A DNA stretch of 53,883 nucleotides, filler included, from Sphacelaria rigidula (Eukaryota): the NCBI GenBank assembly GCA_964200075.2. It is 4 parts of 4 records of this genome, joined end to end, with 100 filler letters (N's around TTAATTAATTAA, not from the genome) between each part and the next. Parts side by side here need not be neighbours in the genome. Positions count along the whole stretch, not along the records: positions 13,498 to 26,894 come from CAXNAA020002909.1; positions 26,995 to 40,389 come from CAXNAA020002910.1; 2 more parts are not named here. The stretch is one strand, 5' to 3'. The stretch's first letter is position 1; each line of letters opens with the position of its first letter. Below are positions 24,760-37,305 of this stretch, piece by piece. The position numbers and the translations under genes are program-made. Below the pieces are notes generated by a model. That model saw only the letters and a list, made by a program, of their open reading frames with translations, had not been told where the DNA came from and ran no database searches.

Positions 24760-26894
24760 AAATCAGGAAGGCAGTACCGTGTATTCGCCACCTAGTCCAA
24801 CGGAACCAAGCAACCGAAACTCAAGGTGACAGTGACAATATGAAAGAAAAAGGAAAGCGAGCGCTGTATTGTCCGTGCGTAATGAATGCGTCATGCACCG
24901 CGGTGCACCCGTAATAAGACCTATTTGCTATGCGTTATTGTGTCTTTTGTTTTGTGTTTCGCGAATGTAGTAGTATGTCTCTGACCAACAAAGTGACTAG
25001 CTGTGCAAATATACATACAGGCAGCATGTGCGCTATATATATATATATATATATATATTGCGTGAGTTTTGCCTTGTTGAGTGCGATGTACTTGCATTGC
25101 AGGCTGTCGTGGCCGTGACGGTGGGGAGGGGTTGGTTCCGTAAAATGGCGAGGATTGGAAGCGGGCCGCACGGTTCGTACCATTTATTCGTTTGGAGGGA
25201 GGGGGGAGTATTTAACTTCGCGATTACTGACTTCGTCGCATGGTTGGTGGTACACCTCTTCATAGTCTGGTCTACTGTAGTGCCGCAAGTACCGTGCTGC
25301 ATTTTGCCCATGTCCGGTGTACGCGGGGTGCACTAGTTGTGTAGCGAGTGAGTGAGAGGGCACAACGCAAGGCGTTCGAAAGTTTCGTTGTTGCGTGGCT
25401 GAAATGGGGTTGCGACGTTTTGTCGCTGCGATATGTCCACATCATTCTATTCTTGTTCGCGAAAAACACACGGATTAAATTTGCTTTTATTCGTTTGTTT
25501 GCTTGAAACGCTTTTATTTTTCATATCTTACTTTTAGGAACTAGATTGACGTGTACATTGGTGGGTAAAGAGAGTTTCCTTCTCTCTTTCTCTGCCTTCA
25601 GTTGTTGACGTGTTTGTTTCTGCGGTTGTTCCGCGGTGCAGTCGGTCGACTGCATTTTAAACCCGAGGGAAAATGTGCCCGTTTTCTTTTCCTAGTATGC
25701 TCATGACGGTTTATCGTGGAGAAAATCTGCGTCGGTTATCCGCATTTCATCCGCACAGGCCGTATAATGAGGAGAATCACCGCAAGGCACAGGAATGTGG
25801 CCTCCTCGACTTTTTTTGTCAAGCGTATATTCGTGTGTGGTGTGGGGTAAGGCTTCTATGAGAGAGCGGGATCAGTTGGAACATCAACGCAATCCCTGCT
25901 CTACTGGAAGACGGGAACAGCAGACGCTCACAGTTTCTCCATGGGCAAACGTTTTGCTGGGGATAGATGCGATTCGATCGAACCATGAGGTCGCTCCTTC
26001 GGGAAGGGCAAACCTATGTGGTAACTGTCCGCAATAAGCCCCCCTCGCTCACCACTTGGTGAGCAATCTTTGTGCTGACGCGCTCTCCGATTAACCTGAT
26101 GGGGCCGAGCGCCAGGGAAAGGATGCTGGGAAATGAGGGGCAAAGTATATTTTCATGTTTCTTTACTCGTTGTGGGTGGTACTGGTTGAGAGGTGACGAT
26201 TGTCACGTAAAAAATAAGGAATATTTTTTAGGCTTTCCCGGTTGGTGGAGAAGACCCTGAGATACTGATGATTCCTATTTTCAGACGTTTTCAATGTTTT
26301 CTTCGCAGTCCAAGTTAATTGACGACCTTGCCATGAAATTTGGACCTTGTTCATCTATCTACAGTGACGGTTACTGTACTGTGGTGAAGAGTCACGACGG
26401 CAGTTACTCAAAATGCTAGTGGTGTTTTTGTTTTTTTGTTGGTACTTGTGTAGTGAACATAGTTATGGCAATGCTATGAGTATGATCTTGATCGGGTCGT
26501 GGCGCCAGTCGAAATGGGGGAACAGCACCTCGTGTACAGAGGTGGACCCGCCTGAACCGAATACAGAGGAAGATGCAACGCATACCGCGAGTGACACCCC
26601 AGGATCGTGTGATGAGGCACACACGACGCATTTGATGCGACGTATCTGAAGGGAGAGTGTAGGCCGATTTCACCCTACAAGTTACGATACGGGTCAGCGC
26701 AGGTGGTTTGCTGTACAGTACTGTTACGTGTGGATGATGAAATCATGGATAATTTGGTTCCATTCAGCCCTGTAAGGTCAAGTCCACCGAACAAATTAAC
26801 GGCGTGAAATCGCATTCTGACTTTTCGCCCAGCACACATACCCCCCCGCCCCCCAACCCCAAACACCGCCCCAAAACAAAACAAAAAAAACAAA

Positions 26895-26994
26895 NNNNNN
26901 NNNNNNNNNNNNNNNNNNNNNNNNNNNNNNNNNNNNNNTTAATTAATTAANNNNNNNNNNNNNNNNNNNNNNNNNNNNNNNNNNNNNNNNNNNN
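26895..26994. other. Assembly gap with TTAATTAATTAA linker
   Basis: N-run/linker/N-run, 100 nt. Confidence 0.95.
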
Positions 26995-26999
26995 AGACC

Positions 27000-27060
27000 T
27001 TTTAGCCCAGGGTCTCATCCCGAGGAAGGGGAAGGGTTCGAAGTGCGAGGAAAAAACAAA
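27000..27060 (+). repeat. Family B 3' fragment
   Basis: CTCATCCCGAGGAAGGGGAAGGGTTCGAAGTGCGAGGAAAAAA. Confidence 0.6.
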
Positions 27061-27570
27061 ACAACAATGTGAGAGGTCACATTTTCTACAATTTTCCACT
27101 TTTTTTAAGGAAAAACAAGCCAAATAACGCAATTTTTCTTGCCTCCGGCGGCGCTCCCGCGGGCCCCCCTCACCAGCCGGGGGGGGGCGTTGGCGCGGCG
27201 CCGATTATTTCCCAGTTAATAGACTTCACCGATTAACTGGAAAACAATCGATGTACTGGCCGCGCCAGCGGCCGGTTTAAACTTAACTGGCCAGAGCAGC
27301 GAGTACACAGCCCTAATCAATAACCTCTACCGCCAACAATCGATTGTTCTAGGGAGCACCTATCGATAGCCAGTGACGCTAACGATACGTTTCGATAAAT
27401 ATATGGCTCATTGCAGTGGTCTTATGGCATCAACGGCAATATCCCTCACACATGAACACTCAACTACCTGAGGCGACAGCTGGCCATAGCTTCTGTGGAA
27501 TAAGGTCGAAATATTTACCGGCAATATGCATACGAAGTACCTAGCTAGTGATCAACGCCGTTCAGCTCCC

Positions 27571-27785
27571 ATTGTGGCCAGCAATAGATAATGGTAGCCG
27601 CGATTCAGATTGCATTGTGACCAGCGATAGAAATTGGTGGCCGCGATTCAGATTACATTGTTTTCAGCAATAGACATCGGTGGCCGCCATTTAGATCTTC
27701 TTGTGACCAACAATATGTACTGGTGGCCGCGTTGCATATTCTACTGCGAGTACCAATAGATATCGGTGGCCGAAATTCAGAGCCT
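27571..27785. repeat. 43-bp minisatellite, 5 degenerate units
   Basis: Units start at 27571, 27614, 27657, 27700 and 27743; consensus approximately ATTGTGACCAGCAATAGATATTGGTGGCCGCGATTCAGATTxC. Confidence 0.85.
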
Positions 27786-30700
27786 ATCGCAAAAATAACA
27801 TGTATTGATAATTCAGTTAAAGTGTGACAATCAGTGAATCTATCTATCTATCCATTCATCGAAAACGTGGCCACTCCATCGTCACGGCAAAGATACATTC
27901 GGTCCCCTGTCCCGAATCTCTTGTCGCCTACAATAGCTGTCGATAGACAGTGATGCCAGTCGATTATGATTATGAACATTAAACGTCAAGTTTTCGAGGC
28001 TGTTGCAGCCGCAATGTTCTATTACATAGTCTATTGTCCAGGGTATAAGCACATCTCACCCACGCAAAAACAATTATATAACCGCTCATGTCCATCAGAG
28101 GGACGAACCCGTAAGACCAACGTCACACCAACAACAAAATCGTAAAATTTGTCCATATATATTGCGGATTCCTACATCGCATAACCGTTCCAAATTTGCG
28201 GAATCGTGACGTCATATTGTCACAAGTAGTGTCATCATATACCCACTGCATGTTCACCTGCGGGTTCTCTGCTGTGCTTTAACAGAGTATAATATGCTCT
28301 ATACATGGTATGTTGCAGTGTAGGTGTGGCAGCAGACGACAGAGAATATCGGTAGGCGTTGTATACCAGAATAGATTCTGGTATATTTCTCTCGATATTC
28401 GTTGCCGCCCTCAATAGGTCTTGTGCGCCCTTTATCAATAGACACTACCGTTATCAATAGATTTGGTACACAATCTATCAATAGTCATCGCCGTCATCAG
28501 TGTATCTAGCACACAGTCTATCGATAGCTATTGCCGTTATCAATTTACTTGAAAAGCTATCGATCGATATATTCTGTCGGCGGCAATAGTTTTACGTGGA
28601 GGGTCACAACAGACAGCTGCCCGGGCAATAGTGTAGGAAAGGGGTCTACCGATAGACATTGCCGACAACAATAGAAAGATAAACTTGTCGATCGATGGGC
28701 ATTACGGACGACAATATTGGCATCTTCTGCGGCAGATTCTATCGTCATTGCAATAGATGCCGTCTATTGTCCAGGGTGTGTGTTGTCTGCCGCAAGACAA
28801 AACCATTCTTGCTCGAAGGTCTCCTCAATCATCAGGGCTGCGCTGCCTCCCGCCTCCGGTTCGGCTGCTGCAGTTATCAAGTCCGCCGTCACGTACCTAT
28901 CCCTCGCCATTCCATATAGTACTGTCTCCGCTTCTGCTCTTTTCCTCCTCTTCACCAGGCGGGGAACGTATTTATCTGTTTACGCCTACGTGAGTTTCTC
29001 CACCTCGTCTATCGCCGTTCCTCATCCTTCTCCATCAGCTGCCGCTCTTGTCGCACTGCGCATGCGACCTGCCATTTGGGGAGGCAGAGACAACTCATCG
29101 TTGAGTGCAAGACGGCGTAGCTTTGTCCTTGGGAGTTTAGGAGCTCCACCGCTCCCCACGTCGTTGTGCTCGGGGGTTTTGACGGTCGTCGCCGGCAATG
29201 ATGACGGGTTGGTTAATGATGAGGCAGCAGGTGAATGCGGTGCCGGCGATGCGGGTGACTACTCTGTGGGCGTTGTTGGTGTAGGTGGCGTTGCTGATGA
29301 TGGTGTTTCCGGCGCTGCTGCTGTCGGCGTAGACGGTAGTGTAGTCAGTGCCACCGACGACGGCGGTGTAGGCGGCGCCGAGTCCTGATCAACCGTGGAC
29401 TCTTGAACGGGGTTTTGTGAAATCGCCCCGCCTTCCCCGCCTCCGCAAGGGGACGGTAAAGCTATTTCACCCTCTCCACCAACAGCGGGGGTTCGCGATG
29501 TGGCATCGCCTGCCCTCCCTTCGGAGTTGAGTAGCGAGAACGCCACATGGCGGGAACCGCGTGGTGAAGCGCCCACGGCTGGGGTTCGCTCCACAGACTC
29601 GCTTCCAGCCGGCCCTCCTTCAACGTGGTCGTCCCTCGCTCCGCCGGGCATTGGGATCGGTTGCCGTGGTGCGGGGGAAGGAGTAAGGGGGATATGAGCC
29701 CACGTTACTTTTCAGGTCGTAATAGTTTGCCCTGTTGCGGCCATCACTCGCATGGCGTCGCGTGGGTATCCTAGTGCTGGACCGAGGTATCCGCACCTTT
29801 GAGCTTTCCGTTGCAACTTATCTGTCCTGTGTACCCTACAAAACTCAGGTTTCAGGAAAGGAACTAAATTGTTGTCCGGTTGCGATCCGTGCCACACCTC
29901 ATATGACGTCTTGTTCCCAGGATTCGCCGAGGTTCCGGTACAGTTCAAAGCATTGCACGCCCAGTTCGCTTGCTCCGCCCACAGATTTTCACCACTTGGA
30001 ATATTCTGATCCGGATACATGTGCGATGCTTGAATTTTGGCGCACGGCGGGCTGACTACATGATGCCTATTGCGCGTTCCGCTACACCTTTGAACTGTGG
30101 AGAGTCGGCAGTTGTTTTCTCTTGCTTGATTTTCTCCTGATCGCATAGCTCTTCAAACGCACTCTTCGAAAATTCACCTCTACCATCGCTGCGAACCATC
30201 TCAACCTTTCTAGGGTGAATTTCTGCGATGTACTTCGCGAAGTACTATCCGGCCCCATCCTTCGCGGGGAAAAAGTACAGTCTAGTGTACCAGGAGTGTT
30301 CACCACGAACTATCTTTATGTACCACCTCTCCTCCCAGGACCTAACTGGTTTTGGCCCTGTAAGGTCAACGAGCACTCTAGATGCGGGCTTAGCTGCTCT
30401 TACATGTGTTGATCTTGGGATGGGCCGTCGGAGTCCTCTTCCCTCCGAGCATCTTTCTCAGGGTCTCATCTCGCCGCGCAGCTCCACTCCGAGCTGTTTG
30501 GCTGTTTGGAGCAGTAGGTTCTCGTGTGCGTGGGCATGAAAACAGTGGAAATCGTTGATATCAACGACTCGGGGGTCAAGATGGTGCCCCGGGGCAATCA
30601 CAGCGCGATGCTGACGCATGCATGTCATGACTTTCTGGACCTAGTCGGTGGGTGTACATTTTGAGGACTCTGTGTTGACCGAGGATTTCCAGGGTGTTGC

Positions 30701-31569
30701 CTGACTTCAACTCAACCCGGAAGCCGTCACATGTTTCAATGTAGGTGTGACTTGCAGTAAATATCCTAGTCGATGAGAAATGATGTTAACGGACGCCTGG
30801 TGCGTGATTTACGTCTTTGACGTGTAAGACTACACGACGTCCGTCAGATGTAAAGACAAGAGTCGAACTTCCTCTGCCCACGATCGGGTAAGTACCGCCG
30901 CCCGCACACCGCAGTACCCTATCCCTGCATTCTCGGTACTCCGTCACCTTACTAGAACCTGGCGAAAAACGTTGGATTGTCCCCCTGTCAAACACCCGCC
31001 CCCATCTTGCTGATCTACACCCCCCGTCTCCATAACAAACGCACACTCGCCGGTGGTGTGTTCGGCGGCCTTCGTCGTGTCTATGCTAGTGAAAGACTCC
31101 GCATCAGCATCCGAGCACACGGAGTTGTCGTAGACGACGTCGCTTACCAAGCCCATCGCCATAACCACATCTCCTCTAGACTTCGGGCAGTCAAGTAGCT
31201 GCTGCTCTCTCTTGCCGCACTCACTACAGTACCTGTCCGGACAGTCTCTCGACCGGTGTATCGTCATCTTCTGACAGGTGTGGCATCGCATCATCGTCGC
31301 AGCCCCCGATTGGCTGTTCGACCGACGACTGGCTGCTTTTTCCCTGTTCCTTGTCGCCACCGCGACCTGCGTCCTGGCTCTTTCCCGGTTTTCCTTTCCG
31401 GCGCGGGCCGTTAAGTCTACCAGGTTGGCCCTTGACAATAAGGGCCTGGTCGCCTGAGGAGTTCTTCTTTCCCTTGGCGAGTTCTGCTTAAAACGTGCCG
31501 ATGCGAAACGTCTTCGAATGACCCTGACATGATTTCCCTCGTGAGTGGGCCCTCCCGGTCCTCCAGCGC

Positions 31570-32502
31570 TTACTTCTGAAAATTGCACTCCGGGGGGAGG
31601 GCATTGACAAATTTAAGGAGGGTTTGGACCTCCGTCAGGTTGATGTTGGTGCCATATGATCTTAAATGCCTCGCCACTTCTTCCATCTCGATCAGTTTTT
31701 GGATCGGGTCATCACGAACGCCAATCTTCACATGATGATACTTGTCTAGCAGTGGTAATCTAGCCCCATTTGTCTTGGGACTGTCCAACTCGTTCGGTTC
31801 ACGCCATACAGCTGCAGGAGAAGGAATTCGGAACATAATACTTTGATCCCTCTTGTGGTCCAGACTCGCCACCAACATCTGCCTTGCTCTTATGCTTGCG
31901 ACTAGTATGTCTTTTCCGTGTCTTGCCTCTAGGAAACGCACGGGTAGCTTTGTGTTCCCCACCTCCACATCCTGCGAACTATCGTCCGACACGGTGAAAA
32001 GCCAATCAACTCCGTCGCTCCTCGCGAAATCGATAAGCTCGGGTTTGTAGTGGAGTAATTCCGAACTTTTCCCAGAAACCTTCGGGACAGAAGCCTTGAA
32101 AACTGGCAAACCAACAACGTTTTGGACACTTGGTCGATCATGACCGTACACAGCGACAGGCTCACGTGCGGGGTCCATGCCCCTTGCTCCGTCGCTTCCA
32201 GCCCTGTGGTCGCTCTCGCTCGGGGGCTCCCTGCTCGCCTTCGCGGCTGCGTCGTCGGCCTCGAGATGTGCTAGGGCTGGCTGATCCATCAGCCGGGGGG
32301 TATTGCGTCGTTTGGTCTCCTTCAGGAGACCCATCGCTTTCGATGACGTCGCTCCATCGCACGCCATCGGACTCGTGATCTTCAATATCATTGACTCTAC
32401 TCTGTAATACAGTTTGTCTGGACCGTACATCCCTATAAGATCAGTCAGTGCACTAAACTGACTGTTGAACTGGCTCACCATGTTCTCAAATTGAGCAGTC
32501 AT
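31570..32502 (-). pseudogene. gag: copia gag
   Basis: 310-aa ORF with copia gag-like motifs; a frameshift separates it from the zinc-knuckle region. Confidence 0.8.
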
Positions 32503-32556
32503 TCAATCTCGCCTGTCTACAAAAGGGTTAGCAGCTCCATCGTTCCCAGCCATACC

Positions 32557-32862
32557 TGCCCAATCGATTGATCACTAGTGTATTCCTTCGCTCAGGCGCA
32601 GGGTATATGGTTTGTATCATTTATTAGAGAGCACCCAAGTAATGCTGTAACTCGGGAGAGTGTAGAAGAGAAGGGAGACGCCGACGAATGATCGAGGTGG
32701 CGCTGTTTGTATCGCCCAGCTACTGTACTGTGCCACATTTGTACACACTTGATTATCAGTACTAGTACCTCACCCCGATCCCCTGTTTTACGTAAATCCG
32801 GTATGGCTGCGTGTATCTGAGTCACACGAACAACGTACACTGCCTATGGTCGGAACTCAACA
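32557..32862 (-). repeat. Candidate 5' LTR (TG...CA) followed by a PBS-like GGTATGGCTGGG
   Basis: Minus strand reads TGTTGAG...GGGCA then GGTATGG, about 55 nt before the gag ATG. There is no second LTR to confirm the boundaries. Confidence 0.5.
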
Positions 32863-33969
32863 AGGACATGACTTATTCGGGATATGGATTGCAAAGTTAC
32901 TTGCAGAAAATGAGAGAAGGGCGTATTCTCGCCTCATGTAGCCCATGCGCAAAAGTATCCTTCTCCACAGATTTACAACGCCCCGTAGTTGGGCCAGACA
33001 TGCACAGGTACATCTGATGGGGTCTTTTTTCCTTGAGCACATTTCCTTTCCTAGACCGCCTTCCTAATGTTTCCGTTGCGCGTGGCGGACTACTGCTGTA
33101 CCTCATGTAGTCAGCGTGCGCATTTACCGAAACCCCCAGTGAAGTTACCATGGCACCCGAGAATCGATTCGTTTCAGGCATGTTTGCCCCTCACGAACAC
33201 AACAGCGATCAAACCTGAGAGGCGGGTGTATCACCGCAAATCCGATGGTGGGCTCTTGCTTCGTTTTTCGTCAAACCCTGACTCTAACACTAACCCGCTC
33301 CAACCCACTGCAGACCTAGATCCCTTAGGCACGAGGGGTGTAGAGATTTTACCAGGCAACGTGTGCTCTGTTCTGGCTCAAATCAGCGCATGTCATATCG
33401 GCGCCTGAGGTGCCGATTCGCGGTCGCTGTTCGCCCGCGAGGCGAGCGCTTCGGACTGTGACCCCCTCTAGAAATCTGAATATGACAATCAAGACCAGAA
33501 CCAAGTACACGTTCAATCATAGGATCATGTTGCCAACTTTGCGTGTACTCTAGTAAAAACCGACGTGTTATCGTCATAACCGCGGTCGTCGCACCCCCCA
33601 CGGTCACGGCAGCCCCCTCTGTTGGAGCACCGTGCAATTTGTCACGGCCAAAATGTTTTTTTCACCTCCTCCCCTCGTAACCGTGGGGCGACAGTCGAGG
33701 GGGGTGAGAATGAGAACGCTTCTAATGGCGGTCTCCATGAGGGTCGGTTTTGGATGTTTTTTACGAGTTCTTTGGCTTCCGCCCCCTGTACGCCATCACC
33801 CCCCCTGCTGCGGCGGAACTCTCGAACTTTCATACGTGCCATTGCACGCCCCTCTTCATCGTAGCACCGTGAGATATGTCACGACCGAAGTAGGTATACA
33901 AAATTTGCGGCGCTTAGGCCGCGTCTCATCGAGACCCGAAAAATCAGTTTTCCAACATCAGTTTCTCCT

Positions 33970-34117
33970 GTGATTGGTCGCGACAATACCTCCCTCCCCC
34001 CAAAAAAACAAAAACTTGATCCAGCGAAAACTTGGCGTGCTCCGTCCCGGTTTTGTAAGGATGCAAGGTCAATGGTCCTATGACTACGGCATGCAAGATC
34101 ATGAGTACACCCCCCCA
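33970..34117 (+). mobile_element. Family A-related 3'-end copy with C-run
   Basis: GGATGCAAGGTCAATGGTCCTATGACTACGGCATGCAAGATCATGAGTACACCCCCCC. Confidence 0.7.
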
Positions 34118-36464
34118 CAAACAAAAATCAGCTTTGGACTTGATTCTGGTGGCGGGCGTCTGATTTCTGAGAAGTCTTTTGCACTTTTGCAAAATCAGTT
34201 GGCCTGTTGGAGAAGTCGCGCTCATCGTAAGGGAACACAACGGTGCGTCGCAACCGCCTCACTGTCCTACTGACACCCGCATCACCGCTGTACTACGACT
34301 ACTGTCCTATACTGTACCATGGACGTGACCAGATTACACGTACCGGGTCACGTCACTGCAGAAGGAACTATGCACCGTCGTGCTGTACAGCACATTCATC
34401 TCGTTCATTGATCGAGTGCATAGCGGCCAAGCTCGTGTGTCTGGCATTTTCGATCTGGGGTGAGACATCGCGGGAAAGCAGGTAGGAGGCACCAACGCAA
34501 GATGGGGGGAACATGAACCGCTCTCAGCTGGCTATTATATTCGCCTGCCGCGCGTGCTTCTTTCCTTGGTAGTGACACCTGTCATTGCGCTGAGCGCTTG
34601 GTGGCGGGGCTCCGGGATGGGCCCTCCCTTTTGGCGGGATGAGTTGTAGTGTGCAACTGTATGTGCTGTGGTCCGGTGGTGTCGAACAGGTCAACATATT
34701 TTGCTGGCCGTTGAACGGGCCAGCCCCGTGCATCTTCGGTGAATCACTCATGACCCTGAATGTTTTTTTCGAGCAGTCGTTGCTCTATATGGGATTTTCG
34801 ATAAGGCTCAATGTGGTCGTTTTGCATTGACCCAGACTCAAGAGAATGGTTTTGAGAAGTGATGCTCCGGTGTGGATCAGACTCGGGCCATGTTGGAGCA
34901 TGCTTGGGCAATCATGTACCCTCTGGGGCAAGTCTTGAGCTTGTTCAGGCAAGCATTCGCCTACTACGACGAGTCTTCTGCCATAAAAGGAAATTCACAC
35001 CAATAGCGGCAAGTCTCAGACGTGATCACGCCCACTAGGGCACGTCTGAGGCTTGCTGAGGTAGGTCTTGTGCAGCCCCAGGCACAAATGGTGGACTTGG
35101 GCAACATGCCTTGAATCGCCTCGGCCCCTTTTTTCGTCTAAAGTGAATGCCTTGGTTATATTTTACGGCACGCTTCGCGTGCCTTAGAGGAACAGGCCTA
35201 GGCGTACGAACTCGTTTCAGGTCGACGTGATGTCCGATTATCGACAGCTTGGAACCATCCCGCTTTCCGCACCGTTGGCAGAACAGTCGCACGCCCGAGA
35301 CCGATATGTCCTCAACCTCGAGCACCTGAGCCCCATCCGCTGACGATATGGTTTTGGGGGTGTTGCCCAAGAGCCCACTGAACCCCGGCTTCCGCTTGTT
35401 CCTGTTTCCTCACGGAAACGTTGTCTGTTGGTTTATGGCCGCCGTCATTACCGCGGCTCACAGCGGTGCGCACGGTTGAGCTGCGATCGCGATTGAAGAT
35501 AAATGATGCAGGCTAGTTTTTTTGTGATGAGCTAGTGCGCCGCTGCATTTCTAGCTGGAGGCGTGAAGTATGCCAGTAATCAACATGTCCGCCATTTCCG
35601 CTGGTGGAATTGCCACAGCAGGTATTGCTGTGCCTCCCGTAGCTACTGTCGGGCCTGCAGTGCCGCTTGTAGATCCAAGAGCAGCAGCGGCAGCACCAGT
35701 AATAGTGCCTGCACGAGTGGGAGCAACATCGTCGTTGCTGCCGCCGACCCGTGATTGCGATCGTTGCGTCAGCACTACGTTTCGACGGTGCACGCGTCGC
35801 AGACGTCATATTGCTGCCTGTGTACGTGAAATGGTAGCGGAGCTAGGCACTAGCCAGCAGAGCAGAGATGGTACCAAACGACTGCCGGTCGAGTTCGCCA
35901 CAGAACAGAACTATCAGTGTCTGTTTTCGTGTGCCATAGATACCATCATTGCGTTTTGGAGGCGTACATGTTGCCTTTATGGGTCTGTTTACTGTCTCAA
36001 GATAATGTTTTTGCTGCCACAGCCGTCCCGGCGGTCGTGAGGTGTCGCCGGTGGCACTTTTTGTCCTCGACCGTACACATGCAAGCGTAGTTGGATATTC
36101 TACAAAATCCAAGGCATGTGCCAGACACGCCTTTGCGCGGTTTAACGGCTTAGCCAGGACTATAAATACCGAAGGTGGACACGGCTTCAGACGTACCTTA
36201 GAAGGTGGTGCCCGATTCCGATCCTGGTAAAGTTTCATCCTGAAGCTGACCAAGGACGAAAACTACAGTAGTTCAACACTAAAAGCAAGTTATTGGTCAT
36301 ACTGAGTCAAGTGCTATCCCTGAGAAATATTGTACACGGGATTCTACTTTGTGCCGTTGGCACGCAATAAAACAAGAAAAAAGGTTGATCGTGAGCCAAG
36401 TATGTGTCTCCCACTCCGTCTCGTTCTGTGTTCGACCCGTCCTGCTTGATCTTCCTCCTTTCAG

Positions 36465-36882
36465 GATTTCCGTCAGCTCTTTTCGCGGGAAAATCCAGGC
36501 CACCTCGACCTCACGAACTTTGTTCCGAGTCATTTGGCGAAACGATACTTTCACAACTCCGAGCGATGCCAACAGCAGCGCCAGCACCAGCACCATGTTC
36601 GCCCGATCCATATCCACGTCCCACGACCGCGGGGAGAGGCGACACTCACCTGATCCGGCCCTGTCGCAGGATTCCGATCTCGAGGTTCCCCGGAAGGTAG
36701 CCTGCGATCTTGCTGTATGGGCAAAGCTCGAGTTTCCGTCGGTTACATTGAGCGAATCTGGTAGGTCATCGGTCGATCAAGGCTGTGATGGCAAGAAACA
36801 TCCTAGTGTATGCCCGGTGGCTACGTCGTTGAAAAACATACGCAAGGGCATCGAAACGACCGTCCGTGCGTGCGTGCTGGAG
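36465..36882 (+). CDS. Gene 3 internal exon: end of one OB fold (ISVSSFRGKIQATSTSRTLFRVIW) to the start of the next (TTVRACVLE)
   Basis: tttcag acceptor; GAG|gtatcg donor; OB-fold-like strand pattern. Upstream exons (around 36023-36225) are unresolved. Confidence 0.55.
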
Positions 36883-37305
36883 GTATCGGCGGTGGAGCGG
36901 ATGTGGACATGGGAGTCTGCGGGAGGTAACCAATGTTATATTTCTTTGCATTTTTCCCGTAGGTGAAGCACTCTGGCAAACTACCAGTACAGGAGACTTT
37001 AGTGGATCGTGAACCGAAACATCGAGAACATGCGCAGCTAGAGTATGAGGTTTCCGTACTGGCAGTTGTGAGCGCTTCCGGACTGCGTTTGCGAGGGGCA
37101 AGCTTGAAATGATATTTGGATTGCCGCATTGAAGCCTGAAAGGCCATAGATTGCATTGCTTTGCCGCAGGTCATCCACGCAGGTCTGTCGTTGCTCACGT
37201 TGGTCATGACAACGTGTGTCCGACGTCCTCTGCGCGTCTACCCACCAGTGGTCATACACTTGAATTTATTTTTTCGCCTTGAACCGCCGGCGCGTATTCA
37301 AACAG

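Larger units (their letters stand above)
28780..32862 (-). mobile_element. Degenerate Ty1/copia LTR retrotransposon (5' LTR-gag-PR-IN; RT/RNase H and 3' LTR absent)
   Basis: gag ORF 32502-31570 (UBN2-like ...LLKFVNALPPEC); two zinc knuckles CHTC..H...C/CSEC; protease RVFDRGT; pre-integrase FHCFHAHAHE; integrase VLVDLTGP and LWAEQANWACNALN; SH3-like CGYLGP. PR-IN order is copia-type. Stops and frameshifts are present. Confidence 0.9.

Noticed and set aside
27571-27785. Regularly spaced repeats suggestive of a CRISPR array
   Set aside because: Contiguous degenerate tandem units with no unique spacers and no cas genes, in a eukaryotic context.
33400-33470. GC-rich hairpins followed by CTAG (Helitron-like end)
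   Set aside because: Single instance, with no supporting 5' end or other copy.
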